The translations under genes and the position numbers were made by a program. From positions 1 through 64,000 of the IMG/VR virus record IMGVR_UViG_3300034358_000008: 64,000 nucleotides of DNA. One strand, 5' to 3'. This document shows positions 21,659-34,630 of the stretch, in pieces. Position 1 is the first letter of the stretch. Every line of letters starts with the position of its first letter. The notes under the pieces were generated by a model, which was not told the origin of the DNA, did no database searches, and worked only from the letters and a program-made list of their open reading frames with translations.

Positions 21659-24600
21659 CTTCTTCACTGGGGAAAAGTGTTTTGCCAACGTTGACATCGC
21701 CGGTTCCAAAGGCGATGTGTTTGCTTCAGAAGGCGGTCACCTTCAGATCATGGCTTATGATCCGGGTAAAGCTGATACACCGCACAGCATTCGTGCTATC
21801 GGTGATGGCATTACTCCAGTCAGTAACATCGCCCGTGTATGGGTGAGTGAAGCCCAGCTCCGTAAAGATCCAAGTCAGATCGGTGTTCGTCTACCGGACG
21901 TTAACCCTTAATGGCAGTAAAGGATATCGACCCACTACGCCCAGCGTGGATGAGTTGGACCTTGTTTCGGGATCACCATTACGCAGTGTATGACAAAGAA
22001 GGCAATCGTTGCTTAACGCTAGTGACCCTAGTGGATTCCAAGCGATCTTTCTGGATTAAGGATACTTTTATCGACCATGGCCATCGCATTGTCTATGTGG
22101 ACGATGTTGAACAGGCAAGGTTGAATCTGGGGTTGTATGCCCTAGACAGTAAAGACCTTAGTGACACACTGCGATATGAAGGATACCGGGATAGCCAGTA
22201 TGGCGTGTCTGTTGTAGATGCATCCGGTAATAGACTGTACACATTCGACCTATTTATCTTCTGAGGTGACCTATGTCTAAAGTTCTGCTCGTAAATCAAC
22301 TCACTGGTGCTGCCCACGCTATCGATACCGAGGGTAAGCCTGCAACAGTAGCTGATGGTGTGCTTTCGTATTTCGAAGCCACCACTGCGATGAACCGTTT
22401 GGCTGAAGGTTATGTACAGATCCCTTGGGGTCATTACGCAATGCGTTTGGATGTGGTTACTCATATCGAATGCAGCGAATCGTTGGAGATCAATGGAATC
22501 ATTGTGTTGGATTCTGAGGGTAATCCAAAGACGTTGAATATCTACTCGGAAGAAGACACCCGTCACCAAGAAGAATTCGGTGATCGCTTTGGTGTACTGC
22601 TTGCTAAGATCAACGTTGAGAATGACATCGTTTCGTGGGCAAGCAATCCATTGTTGGCAGATGCTTATACGTTCAGTCTTAAGGCTGCACCTAAAGTAGA
22701 AACTCGAACCGCGATGGAGAAAATGTTGTATCTGTTCAAGCGTCAAGAAAGCTCTACCTTGGAGCCAAGTGAAGCCTTGATCATCGTACACGTTAAAGAC
22801 TGAGCCCTTCGGGGCTCCATTATTCGCTAGGAGCAAATATGTATTCAGCTTGGGCTATGGCTTTTGTATGGTTGACTATGTTCACGTGCGTTACGGGTGG
22901 TCAGGTAATACTGTGGGGGTTCCGCAGTATGTTGCCTTGCAGTGAGCGCGAACGTGAAATCCGCCTAAACCTGCTCCGTGGGACTACATTAGGGCTGGTC
23001 ATTTTTCTTTTGGGTGAAGCCGCTATGATCTTAGCGCACATCCAAGGAGTAATCTCTCTGGAAGGTGTACTATGAAAGACTTTACGCTACATGACGTATA
23101 CAAAGCACTGTACCCTGATACGCCGGATACCTGGTCTGTCGGTATTCGCATGGCATGGGCTGATCGACCTGACTATTACAGCGAACTTTCTTTCGATGGT
23201 TACACGTCATCAGATAATGCCATTGCCGCGGCAGATGTATTCAGTTCGCTAGGTGAGGACATTACATACGTGTTCCACGAGAAGGGTCAACAGATCGAAT
23301 ACAATGGTCAGAAGGTCGATGTAAGTATCAAACGTGTTCCGGGGGTACAAAATGGCGGCGTACGTTATTGAGTTATGTTTAGGTACTCTCAACGAGAAGT
23401 TCTTGTTGACGGAATCTGAGAAAGGTTTCGGTACAACTACTAAACTGCGTAGTGCACAACAATACCGCACTCGTGATATGGCTACCTCTGTCCAAGAACA
23501 GTTGATGGCTGCTTTCCCTAAGACAATGCTTGGGTTGATTCGTAAAGATACAACTCACACGGCACCAGTTAATATCTCAGTTAAGTCGGTTAAAGACCAA
23601 ACGAGTAGCCGCAGCAAACTTTACACATTTATCAATCAGGAGTAATACATGTACGTTGAATTCTACAACCTGTCTCAGGATAAGGCCTACTACGCCACAG
23701 GTAGTCTCGATGATCTCGTCGCTATGGTTGGCTCAACTGCCACCATTGAACACATGGTTGATTGTGGTGTCGATGAAGATTTGGTTATCTGGCGTATCGG
23801 CGGGTTGATGAACCAGGTGGCTGATCTTGATCCAGGTGATTCATTTCAAGTTCGTCTATTCACCATGGAACCAGATAGCCCCATTCTGACAAAGCGTATC
23901 CAAACCCGTGCTGTTTATTGGCCTAAGTGGATGGCGGCACATAAAGCCTTCGTTTTCGATAAGGTGGTAATCTAATATGACTTTAGACCGGCTGTGTATT
24001 GTCGTTAACTACGAGCGGATGCAACTGGAACTCAAAGTTTTAGTGAAAGAGTTCATCCTGAATTTCTTTTTAGATAACGATATCCGACACTTTAAGTTGG
24101 ATAAAAGTATCACCGGTAAGAACGAAATTATCGTCATCCCGAGTTTCAGCGATGGTAATCGGTTCTTGCAGTACGTGCATGATCGTAAGTTGGGTTTCCC
24201 TCGTGAAACGACCGCGTTGAATGAGACGGGTTGGATGGGACCCCCTACTTGCCACAGTGTCACCAGTTACAATGACGTCGATGGCTTGCACACTTACGTA
24301 TGCAAAGGCGATGATCTGAGTGGACTGTGTGGTCACATGGTTAAAGGGGTAACCTACCATGGGGCTTGGCTACATGATGAACCGAAGGCACGTTATCTCG
24401 GTAATCCAGCGAGACTGTGGTTCGTAGGTGACAGCACTAACGTTTATGACTGTGTTCGTCAATTGCGTTACGACCTGCGACGAGACCGTAAGGTTTCCGA
24501 TACTCCTTTGACCCTGGAGACCTGTCTGGTACCGACTATCGCTCGTTTAGGTAAACGTACTAAGTTGTGCATCATGACTCATCGTGGTGACTTCTTCACT

Positions 24601-27600
24601 ATTACCTCGAAGGGCATTATTACCGTTGGGGAATATAGTGATGAAGAGGCCACTTTGAAGGCCGCTGTGTTTGAATGGCGTAAGTTTAAACATGGTTTCA
24701 CTGAAGCTGATATTGTCGGTATTCGGCATGAACTCGATCCGCTCGAAACGGCATTCCGTCATGCAGCCCACGAGGCTATTATCGATCGTAATAAACGAGG
24801 ATGGATCTAATGTCGAGATGTGCGGTTTACTTTGTTAAGAACGATTGCCCTGCGCCTTATCTGGTTGCGATTCATGGGGCTATCGCGGAAGTCAATAAAA
24901 GTCATCACGGTAAGAAGAAAGTTGATGTGTTGCGTTACGTAGAGCTTAACACTCGTGACTCACATGGGCTTTACGAAGCGGTGATTATTGCTTCCAGTTA
25001 TGTAACGCTCAACGAGTTCGATAAAGCTGCGAAAGCACGTAACTGTGCCGAAGCTCTGGAATACAAACATCCTGATTACCCAGGTGAACGTTTCCATTTC
25101 GAAATCAAGGGTGATGGCCGTGCAGATATCTGGGTAGCTCCAGAAGATGCATGCGTCCACCTAACTGGTGAAGATGTCTGTCAGCGTCGTTGGAATATCC
25201 GGGGTTATTCTCCAGCTGGCATGTTCATCAAAGAAGTCGTGTTCGTCGGCCCTAACGTTGCTGTACGCAATGCACTGCGTCGTTATAAACATGCCGCTCG
25301 AGAAGTTCGTGAATCGTGGCGTTATAAGCTTGACGGTAAAAACACCGGTGGTATGACAGAACAACAGTGGGGTAAGATTTCAGATGCACTGGGCTGTTGG
25401 GGTGCAATGTACCTGTTTACATCTGAAGGTACTGTGATCAAGGTCACCCGTAAAGAGATGAACTGGGTTCGTCCAACCACTCCAGAAGGGCGTCAGTTCT
25501 ACACCCGCATGGTGCATAACGGTTATATCCAAATACCGTTACCTACAGTGCTCCGTGAGTACGATCGGAGTTCCTGCGCCCGGCGCACTCTGTTTGAAGA
25601 CTCAGTGGTAACCATGGCATTGACCCATGATGCTGAAGCTACCCGTCATTAACATAAATGCCTCTCCTTAGGGAGGGGCGATATGTCGTTAGGAGTACAA
25701 GGTGAACTGGGAAAAACTAAGAGAAGAGATAGAACAGTTCGGTATTAAGAATACCCGTGTAGTAGCTGTGATGCCTCTTCATCCACCAGCACGTTTGATG
25801 ACTGTGGTAACCGATGGTATCGAACCATGTCGGGATATGTATCTGGAAAGATCCGATCATCCTAAATCGAAATATTACGGAAGGAGCAAGAAATGAGTCG
25901 TGAGATGAATGGTCAAAAAGTTGAGAACGGTATCTACCAGTCCCGTAGTACCTTCGGTCCTAACCACTTCGCTGAAGCGCGTAATGTTTACATCGAAAAT
26001 GGTTCAGTGCAATTGGTAGCTGATGAGAAGCATACGTTGTTTGCTTACGATTGGTTCTTTGCAGTTAACACGTTGGGTGAACGGATCAGTGATATGCCCG
26101 AGGGTGTAAGCATTCGTAGTATCCCAATCCCTGAACCGATGAGCGCCGCTCAACTGGTATTCAATCATCATCAAAAACTCAATGCACGCTTCAACGAGGT
26201 AACCCAATGAGCTTCTATCTTGAGGTAAGTGATCGTAAACTGAAGTTCGGTGGTCTGAAATCGATTAGTGCTGATTGGGGTTATATTTCTCAATCCGCTG
26301 GTCGTACCTTTAAAGAACCTGATGGTAACATCTGCTCCCCTATCGGGATGTGGGTAATTGGTTCAGCCATGAAGACCAATTACGTACTGACCAAGCTTCG
26401 TCTGTGCAACAACTGGACTGAAGACGAGTTGTTGATGTTGGCAGGTGAGAATGACGTTATGATCGGTGTAGCCACAGATAAACGTTTCTACCTCTATCGT
26501 AACTCAGCTCGTATGTTTTACGACTACGACGAGGGTAGCTACCGCTGGCTCAAAGGTTGTTCTGAAAGCCAATTCGAAGGTGCAGTCTCCGGTCGCAATG
26601 TCCCACAGTACTGGACTACCGACGAAACCAATTACTTCTAGGAGTTGATATGCAACCTACACTAGTTGGATTGTTCTGGGTGATCACTATCGTCACCTGG
26701 ATAGGTTGGTTAGCATTGTGCTTTAAAAGCCACGCACCGGCACGTCGTGAAGTATTGACTGTAGCGCTCATCTTGCTACTTATCTCCACTTGGTCTACAT
26801 TGATCACGCACCACACTTAAGGATTTCAGATGTCTTTCATTCTTCATGTCAAACCGAATGGTGTCAGCTACGGTTATCGCGCGAACGACAACATCACGTT
26901 CGTACAAGAAATCGCTAGACCTGATCTGGCCACGTTCCGTCACCACAACTATCTTTACGAATCTGGCCGTCGGGATAAAGTACAAGCTTACTTCGCTATC
27001 GGTAACTTTGACGCCGTTCATGCCGTCGAAGATAAGCTGATGCAAAATACATGCTTGACGCTCGACAAAATTCGTACCTTCATCGGTAAGTCTAACATTA
27101 CCGTGGTTGTGATCGCCGATGGCCGTGTGTGCATGATTAATAAGAATGCGACCATGAGTCAAATCATTCCTAACACTACTCTCACCTTTACGTTCGGTGA
27201 TGTCGACACGAGTTGTAGAGAGTTCGCTGATGCAGAGTTCACGAAATTGGATTATATCCAACACACCGTCGATTTCTGGCCTGAAGCTCCATTTAACTAA
27301 TACTGGCCGAACTGATATAATGGGGACCAACTGTCCCCTAGTCCAATTAATTTATCTGAGGAAAAGTAATGTCCAATAAGTCTAACAATGTTGCCGTACG
27401 TATTGCTTACATGCAAACTGGTAACAACCGTAAAGCATTCGACCAAGAGCTTGCTCTCCTGGCCGACATCAACGGTGTATTGGAGCATCACAAAGAACTG
27501 ACTGATCACAAAGATCACGTTAAGCCAAACATCACTCACACTGATGAAGGTGCATATGGATGCACAATTACCCTGAACTTCCCTATCCGTCATAATGGGG

Positions 27601-28358
27601 TTAAGCAGTATCAGTATTCGCGCCTCCACTTCGTTCTGCAAGAACTGGGTCGAGTACTGAAAGAACACGAAGGTAACTTCACACGACTGGAATCCTATCT
27701 GGATAACAACGGCATGGTTGAACCATGGGCGTTGGTAGTTGGACCTGCTCAAGTGTTGTTGCGTGAAGGTGCTGCACAGTGGAACGCCACCGGTATCGAC
27801 ATTCCAGGTTACGACTCTAAATTCAATGCCCCTCTGAATGGCTTGACCGTAATGGGTGAGCCGACTGCGGTAGACCGCTTCCGTCGTATGTGGCAGTACT
27901 ACTCCCGTTCCCACGCTGCACGTATCGCTAAAGAGCGCGAAGGTATGATTGCAGCGGGTGCACAAACCGGTGCTAAGATGAACATCGCGCACATGATGCG
28001 TGAACATCCAAGCATCCAATGGCAACACCTGTTGATCTGGGTTCATACTCAAACCGAAGCTGGTGGTCAGTGGTTCGTTACCAATCTGGACGAACAAGAC
28101 CAATGGGTTCTGGCAGGTGTTCGCTATGTGAACATCAACATGAAGAACATGATGGAAGAGCAACTGCCTTTCACCAAGTCCATGTGGAGTATGGAATCCA
28201 ATGACATGCGTTTCTTCAAACGTATGGAGTACGCTACTTTCGAAACCAGTGAAGAAACCGTCTATGATGGTACTGCTCCAATCACGATCACTGATCCAGT
28301 AGACGTGGTCGCTGAAGCAACTACGCTGGAGTTCCGTAAAGCAGAAGTTGTAGAGTAA
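21645..28358 (+). other. Long run of about 15 co-oriented hypothetical CDS, including 23977-24810, 24801-25652 and 27369-28358, plus an unlisted 56-aa 2-TM ORF at 26650-26820
   Basis: Dense + strand ORFs with SD motifs and overlaps; no recognisable family. Confidence 0.65.
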
Positions 28359-28446
28359 ATAAACCTAAATGGGATGGCCTTCGGGTCATCTCAATTTATT
28401 TCACATCTACATTACAGTAGTGTATCTCAAGCATTAGGAGTAGGAC

Positions 28447-30268
28447 ATGAGTCGTACGAAAGACGAAGTTACATTGTGGATTCGCCGTGGTACACCTAAA
28501 TCGCCGGAGATGGCTATTGCCGGGTTGTGGTTGCAGTATCGCATTAAAGAAATCGTTGCACATTATCGTATTCTGCTGGAAGATAATCTTGGCCTCGAAC
28601 TTACCCAAGATTACCCGGCTAAGATTATCCAGAAAATCGTTTATGCCGAATGCGGTGTGGTCGATGAAGCTGGTCCTATGAAGTATTGCATCTCGGGTAA
28701 GTGTAAGGACCTCGGCTCTGAGAAGATGTGGAAAGCCATGATGTCCGATATCGGTGAGATGTTATCGATTGCGGAATCCTTTATGGAGGGTGCTTCGATG
28801 TCTACCAAGTACTCCACCAAGATTCGTCCTGAGTGGTTTACTTACGATAATGAACGTGGTCTACTGGCTAACTGTTCTAAGCCGTTGACGATCCATCCGG
28901 TGGGTAAGTCTTGCCGACTGAGTAACTCCGATGCACCTAAAATGACAATGCCTGTTTTCGGGGCTGAGTCAGTGTACTTCGATGTACGTGTGAAAAATGT
29001 TTGGGCGGTTGGTGAAGCCTGTTCGGCTGGTAAGTTGGCATCCGCTGCGCGCAAAGAGTTCAAAGAAACTCACACCTATCAGAATAACGACAACATCTTC
29101 AGTTCACTTGCATCTAAGATGGATCGGAATTCTGTTCTGGTTGTACAGTGCGAACCAGTGGTGGAGGGTGATTTGGAATGGATTACTATTCATCCTAAAC
29201 CATGGCAGTTTACGGAATCTGATATCGGTCCACAAATACGTCATTACGCTGAACGTATGGAGAAGTGGTTGGATTCAGAAGATCCATTCGAACATCTGCT
29301 GTCTGAGCGTAACCACCTCGATCCAATCGAACTGGTAAAACTCGTACGTGATGCTTATCCATCGGTCGGTTATTATACCAACCATTACGTAACCGAGGTA
29401 CTGCATCGTGGCTAAACGTGATCGTGGACATGATCGTATTAAAGTAACGATCAACTGGGAAGAACCCAGTGACTCGATAGTGGGGAAGCTTGCTCAAGAA
29501 GCAATCCTGACTCGTATCTCGGAGGCATTGCCAAACAAGAACGTAGCTGGACTTCAGAGCGATATCCGTAAGGATGTTACACTTACGACACTTGAATCGG
29601 GTGCTAAGCGCCATAAACACGTTTACCGCTTCAAGTACAAGCGTCCGTATCTAAATACGCGTCAGTGTGACATGTGGCATATCTGGTCATTCTGCATCCA
29701 ACTCAAGAAGCTTGAAGGCTACCTTGACGGGGAACTTGGTCTTAAGGTAGAAATCGATGCACAGGCAAGTCGTCTACCGTGGGTATTCGATAATGGTGAC
29801 CGTGTTCGTAAACCTGACGAACTTCGTCTGGCCGTTCGTCCTGGGAGTATGGTGTATAAGGTAGAAGACGTAGCGCCTATACGTGTTGCACGGTCATGCG
29901 CGAGTTTCGCTAAGTTGTTAGGATTACTACCTGATGCCGATCGCTTCGGTACAGACTTCATGATCGTTGGTGAACCCCGCGCGGCGTGGAAGGTCTATCG
30001 CTACTACCAACAACTGTTGCGTGGTGGTAAACTTGATCCCCAACATCAAGAAAGTAGGGTGTTACGCACAGCTCTTCCCGATCTGGTCTGTGTTCTGTAT
30101 CGGAACCGCCAACATGATAATAAGTGGCGATTGGTAGAACCGGATGGCCCTAAGATGCATGGTCAATACCAAGCACACATCCTGACAGGTGATCTACCGG
30201 ACAACTGGGTTCACGGCATACCTGACTTCGGTCTACGCTATGAACTCTTGAACGTTAACCAAGAATAA
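28447..30268 (+). other. Two hypothetical CDS (28447-29415, 29408-30268)
   Basis: 322 and 286 aa, downstream of a TACATTAC early-promoter variant at 28408. Confidence 0.7.
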
Positions 30269-30300
30269 TAATCGACTCAACTTTATCTAGAGGCCTAGGA

Positions 30301-30978
30301 ATGTACGCTATTCGCCCAGTCACAAAAACACGTTATACCGAAGCACGTCGTATCTGCCGTAAGTACATGGCAGAAGTAACACAACAGAAATCTGTACCGG
30401 GGAAGAACAAGGGTGGCTTCTTTGCCATCCTGATGTGTGACACTGGGGAAGTATGGTTGGGTGAAACACGGGATTATAGAAATATCCTCGCTACCTACCG
30501 CTATGTTACCAACAGTGCAGAATGTGTTAGAGCAGCCATCGCGCGTGGATCTAAGCTGGAACTCTATTTCCTGACCCGTCCTGATGTATTCAGTGCACAG
30601 CTGTTAGAAGACGAATTGTTCGCTGCTGATCTACTGGCTTTCCGTAAGGCGCATAATCTTACTGGGCCGGGCAATCTGTATGTGATCCGTCATGACCTCA
30701 CGATGGATTACTTCATTGTCTCTGATCGTCAAGGGTTGGCAACATCCACACTGTTGTCTAACTTCTATGGTCGGCTGTTGAATCAGTCCAGCTCAACCCG
30801 TAATATCGCATTGAATGAGTTCATCACTAATCAGGCGAATGACATCATCAAACAAGTTGGCTTCAGCATCAATCATCTTGACAAGTTCGACAGTCGAGAA
30901 GATGAATGGTTGAAGCGTCAAGTCTATATTGACGATTCTAAGTTCGGGCAAAACCTGAACTGGAAATCAGTCGAATAA
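30301..30978 (+). CDS. Protein with two degenerate GIY-YIG-like segments
   Basis: GFFAILMCDTGEVWLGET and GNLYVIRHDLTMDYFIVS. Confidence 0.35.
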   Translation: MYAIRPVTKTRYTEARRICRKYMAEVTQQKSVPGKNKGGFFAILMCDTGEVWLGETRDYRNILATYRYVTNSAECVRAAIARGSKLELYFLTRPDVFSAQLLEDELFAADLLAFRKAHNLTGPGNLYVIRHDLTMDYFIVSDRQGLATSTLLSNFYGRLLNQSSSTRNIALNEFITNQANDIIKQVGFSINHLDKFDSREDEWLKRQVYIDDSKFGQNLNWKSVE

Positions 30979-31004
30979 CTCAATCTATTTAAAGGCCTAC
31001 CACA

Positions 31005-32309
31005 ATGTCCACGCAAATCGTAACCTGTCCTAACATGACTCTCGTAATCAAGCGACTGACTGATTACACTGTCATGCACCTCTCTGGTCTCTCCAACATC
31101 CCACACCTCTGCGTTAAGGTTCGTCACAACAACGGCTTTGTGTGGTTTGGCATCAACGTAATCGGTGTTACCGACACAAGTGCATGGTCGAAGAAGACAG
31201 AAGAAACTGTCTACAGCCAGTTCATGGAAGCAATGCGACAGATCATCGACATCGTTACTCTGGAATCGGATGTACCATTGTTGATGCGTTCTTTGCAGGA
31301 TATCACTACTGGTCGTAAGCGTCCTGTGATGTTCGGTGGTAACACCAACGAGTTCGTTCAGATCTGTTCCACTAACAATGTGCAGATCGAAGTGTATCGT
31401 CATGAAGTTCGTCACGAGGCCACCACTTACGGTGGCTTCTTCGCTACGGCCCGTGCTGGCGGTAAGACATATCCAGTAATGGTCTACCATCGTGGGATCA
31501 TCCTGTACAACTACATCACTAAAGAAGCAGTTTGCGAAATGCTTCGTAATGAACTGACTGCTTTGTTCCCAGATACCTTTGGGACTGATCTCGTTATCAA
31601 GTTCAGTGATATCGAGTCTGTTCCACGCAACCGTAGCAAACGGAGCTAACCATGAACTCTCAGATCCTTATTGTAGATCTTGTCCGTAACTGGCATACGG
31701 TCGGAAACAACTCAAGGTTCGCTAGTAAGGATCTTGAGCATTTCACGTTGTCTTTGGTAAGTCAACCGGTTGAATACGATGGCACAGAAGACTTCTCTGT
31801 TATCGTGTTGTGGGGTGATGTTGAAACGAAGCCTAAAGCCGAAGGTGAGCGGAATCCAGTTCATGACCTAATCCATGAAGTGGTGAAGAAGTTCGCTATC
31901 GGTGTAGGGTGTCGTACCAGTCAAGTCAATCATGATAACCGGACTACCAAGGTCAAGCTTAAAGCTGAAGAAGCAAAGAACGTTGTTGAATTTGAATGGC
32001 TGGAGATCAACCTTGCAGATCACAAAAGACTCGAGTGAATTAAGTAGGACCAAGAAGTTAGCGCGCCGTTACGCAAACATGTTGGTGATCTGGGTAACGC
32101 TCACGTATATGCTCGTGATCGCGGTCGGCGTACCGATTAGCATTATCCCAGACATAAAGACATTACTCATTGTCCCTCGTGTGGAAGATCACACTTTGTT
32201 GAAATGGTTAATGTCGGCTTACCTTGCGACAGCATTCTGTCTGGAATGGTTCCTGTATGGAGTCATTCAACGTGCTCGTGCGCGGATCAAGTTGTACGAA
32301 GTAGATTAA
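31005..32309 (+). other. Hypothetical CDS (31005-31649, 31652-32038, and a 2-TM protein ending at 32309)
   Basis: Coupled ORFs. Confidence 0.65.
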
Positions 32310-32334
32310 AGGAATACTGTTGTGGTAATAATAT

Positions 32335-32795
32335 AGGAGTGAATGCTCCTCCCGTGATCATCATGCCTTTCATTGGCAACACCCCCTGATCGCGGGCTTC
32401 CTATTCAGAACCATTGCTACGGCAGTGGATCTAAAAGTTTAGGAGTTCTCAAGGGTCATCTCCCTATCCATGGTCCCCGTCGCCTTAGCTACAGGATAGG
32501 GCCTTGATCGAACTCCGCCTAAGCATAGCTGAACTTTCGGTATACGCGAAGCATTTCCCTCTCCGGGTTTTGTCTTGTGAAGAACATAGTGGCCATTAAC
32601 CAGTGGTCGAACCGAAGCATTGTCCCTTGACTGGTTCTCATCCTGACAATGAAGTTATCAACAACATAACACTAACTGGTTAGGTTATTAGAAGATAGCG
32701 ACTGACGATTGCGATACCTCTGAATAAGCTGGGGGTTACGCTGGCCAGCACGCAAGAGTTAGATTACAGCCCAAGCCCCCTGCCATCTGGCGGGG
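32335..32795 (+). ncRNA. Candidate large structured ncRNA (about 460 nt) of unknown family
   Basis: About 510-nt gap with no credible ORF; many helices, a pseudoknot and a terminal terminator (see findings). Confidence 0.7.
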
Positions 32796-32821
32796 GCTTT
32801 ATTTCGTCTTAAGGAGATACT

Positions 32822-33265
32822 GTGAAAAAGATCGATAACACAACATTCCTGATTGAAAGACAGGGCGAACTGGAACAGGTCGTCATTGACTATTTCAAGG
32901 GTGAAGCCGACGCCGGACTTATTCGTGGTCACGTCGCCGGAATCCCAAGTTGGTATTCTGTTTATTACTTAGAGGTGCCGACCGAGTATCCATTCGTTGC
33001 ATTACTAAATGATGACGATGAGCGTTGTAACATCGAATTCCAATATGTCAAACCTAGTGACTTCATCTGTATTGATGATGGTTCGCAACGTCTGTTCGAA
33101 TTCCAACTACGTCGGTCAATGACCTCAAGTCCTTATCGCGTGGTCGAGTCAACTTATCAAATACCCGCAAAAGATATCTTCGAGGCTCATCTCAAACTTG
33201 GTCAGACCATGCACCGAAGCGAAGAGTATGAACTGGAGGTCGTTTCCTATCAACAAGTTCGCTAA
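32822..33265 (+). CDS. Hypothetical protein (paralog of 33479-33976)
   Basis: FLIE..GEL...P..YP......D.E.......V..SDF shared between the two. Confidence 0.7.
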   Translation: MKKIDNTTFLIERQGELEQVVIDYFKGEADAGLIRGHVAGIPSWYSVYYLEVPTEYPFVALLNDDDERCNIEFQYVKPSDFICIDDGSQRLFEFQLRRSMTSSPYRVVESTYQIPAKDIFEAHLKLGQTMHRSEEYELEVVSYQQVR

Positions 33266-33478
33266 GGAGTAAGTATGACATTGCAAGATGAACTAGAAAA
33301 GCTTTACCGTACCGTGAGGAATCCACTCTTCCAAAATTACCGGCGGCATCCGGTACAGTTACGTTTGGTGGGTGTTGCCAGATTCAACATGTCCCAAAGT
33401 GAAGGTCAGGTAGGCAATGGTTTTATCACCACTGTAGACCGCTTGACTTACCGCCACTATATCGACTAAGGAGGTACT

Positions 33479-33976
33479 GTGAAAGAATTAGCGCGTAATG
33501 ATGACATAGGTTCATCTGATGCTTATCGCTTTCTTATTGAATCGGAAGGCGAGTTACAAGAAGCGATCGGTAGTGTTATCGTAAAAGATAACCTTAGTCT
33601 TCGGGCAAGTGTCCGGGGCGCAGTAGACGTACCGGGGACGTATCCGTACATTGTTTGCATCTACGGTGATGAAGAATACGATTTCGTTTCACTGGCATTC
33701 GTAACAGTCTCTGATTTCTTTGATGGTCCGAATTACTGCCAACAAATCCGTGATCAGTTGATCAATGCTGAAACCATGAAATGTCAAATGGAACGCATCA
33801 ATGATGCAATCCAAGCCAAAGAGTCTGAAGTTGAGTTCCGTGATCTCGATGATGAGCCTAATCCAGATAATCAGTACTGTCTTAATAACGCACAAGCTGA
33901 ATGGTTTCGTCTGAGTGGCTTTAAAGTTAACTGGGAAAAATATCCACGCACGTGGAAGGTCTCTGGTTGGTTCTAA
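33479..33976 (+). CDS. Hypothetical protein (paralog of 32822-33265)
   Basis: Same motif set. Confidence 0.7.
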   Translation: MKELARNDDIGSSDAYRFLIESEGELQEAIGSVIVKDNLSLRASVRGAVDVPGTYPYIVCIYGDEEYDFVSLAFVTVSDFFDGPNYCQQIRDQLINAETMKCQMERINDAIQAKESEVEFRDLDDEPNPDNQYCLNNAQAEWFRLSGFKVNWEKYPRTWKVSGWF

Positions 33977-34143
33977 GCTTTAATAAGGAGTAAAACGATG
34001 TTGGGGTTCGATGATCCAATGACCCGTGCAAAACGGGCACGCAGTAAGCGTCAACAGCAAGCTTTCTTTAATCTGACCATCGGGCTAGTACTCGGTGGGT
34101 CTATGTCGTTTCTAGTGATGGAACTAATCAAAGGAGTTTCTGT

Positions 34144-34629
34144 ATGAGCGGGTTCTGGGGATACGGCAGTGAAGGACATGAAGCGTTTCACGAAAACGCA
34201 TTCAATGAATTATTAGAGACTGTGCATGGGGATGCCAGTCACATCGATCCATTAGTGATGCCTGTTATTACACATGCCTTCGCTTACTACGGTGCAGTGA
34301 GTGTGTGGAGTTGTGAGGGTCATCCAGAGCGTGGTGACAACAAAGGTTACATCACCTGGATCTTTAAGGACGCTGTGAAGCACATGGCCTTTCTGGCGAT
34401 GATGAACCAAGCTCAAACTTGGATGCACAACATCGATCAGAAGGCACACCTGATGTTCGAGTTGGAAGCTAATCCACTGCATCACTCTACAACTGAATAC
34501 GATACCATGGCAATGCCTTCGTTAACACTGCGTACCATGTCGTTCCGTAATAACCGCATTAAAGCACGCTGGTGGGATGAGCTGTTGGAATGCATTACCA
34601 AAATTACTCAAATGACAAAAGGACTTTGA
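34144..34629 (+). CDS. TYW3/Taw3-like fold protein
   Basis: IDPLVMPVI....GAVSVWSCEGH resembles the Taw3 pattern IDE.I.P.L..IN....Y.TTSSCSGR. Confidence 0.45.
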   Translation: MSGFWGYGSEGHEAFHENAFNELLETVHGDASHIDPLVMPVITHAFAYYGAVSVWSCEGHPERGDNKGYITWIFKDAVKHMAFLAMMNQAQTWMHNIDQKAHLMFELEANPLHHSTTEYDTMAMPSLTLRTMSFRNNRIKARWWDELLECITKITQMTKGL

Positions 34630-34630
34630 A

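Noticed and set aside
32685-32720. AAGATAGCGAC (group I S-like) and CTGACGA (hammerhead core-like) in the large RNA
   Set aside because: No P7 guanosine site or R element, no interrupted gene, and no GAAA/stem II geometry for a hammerhead.
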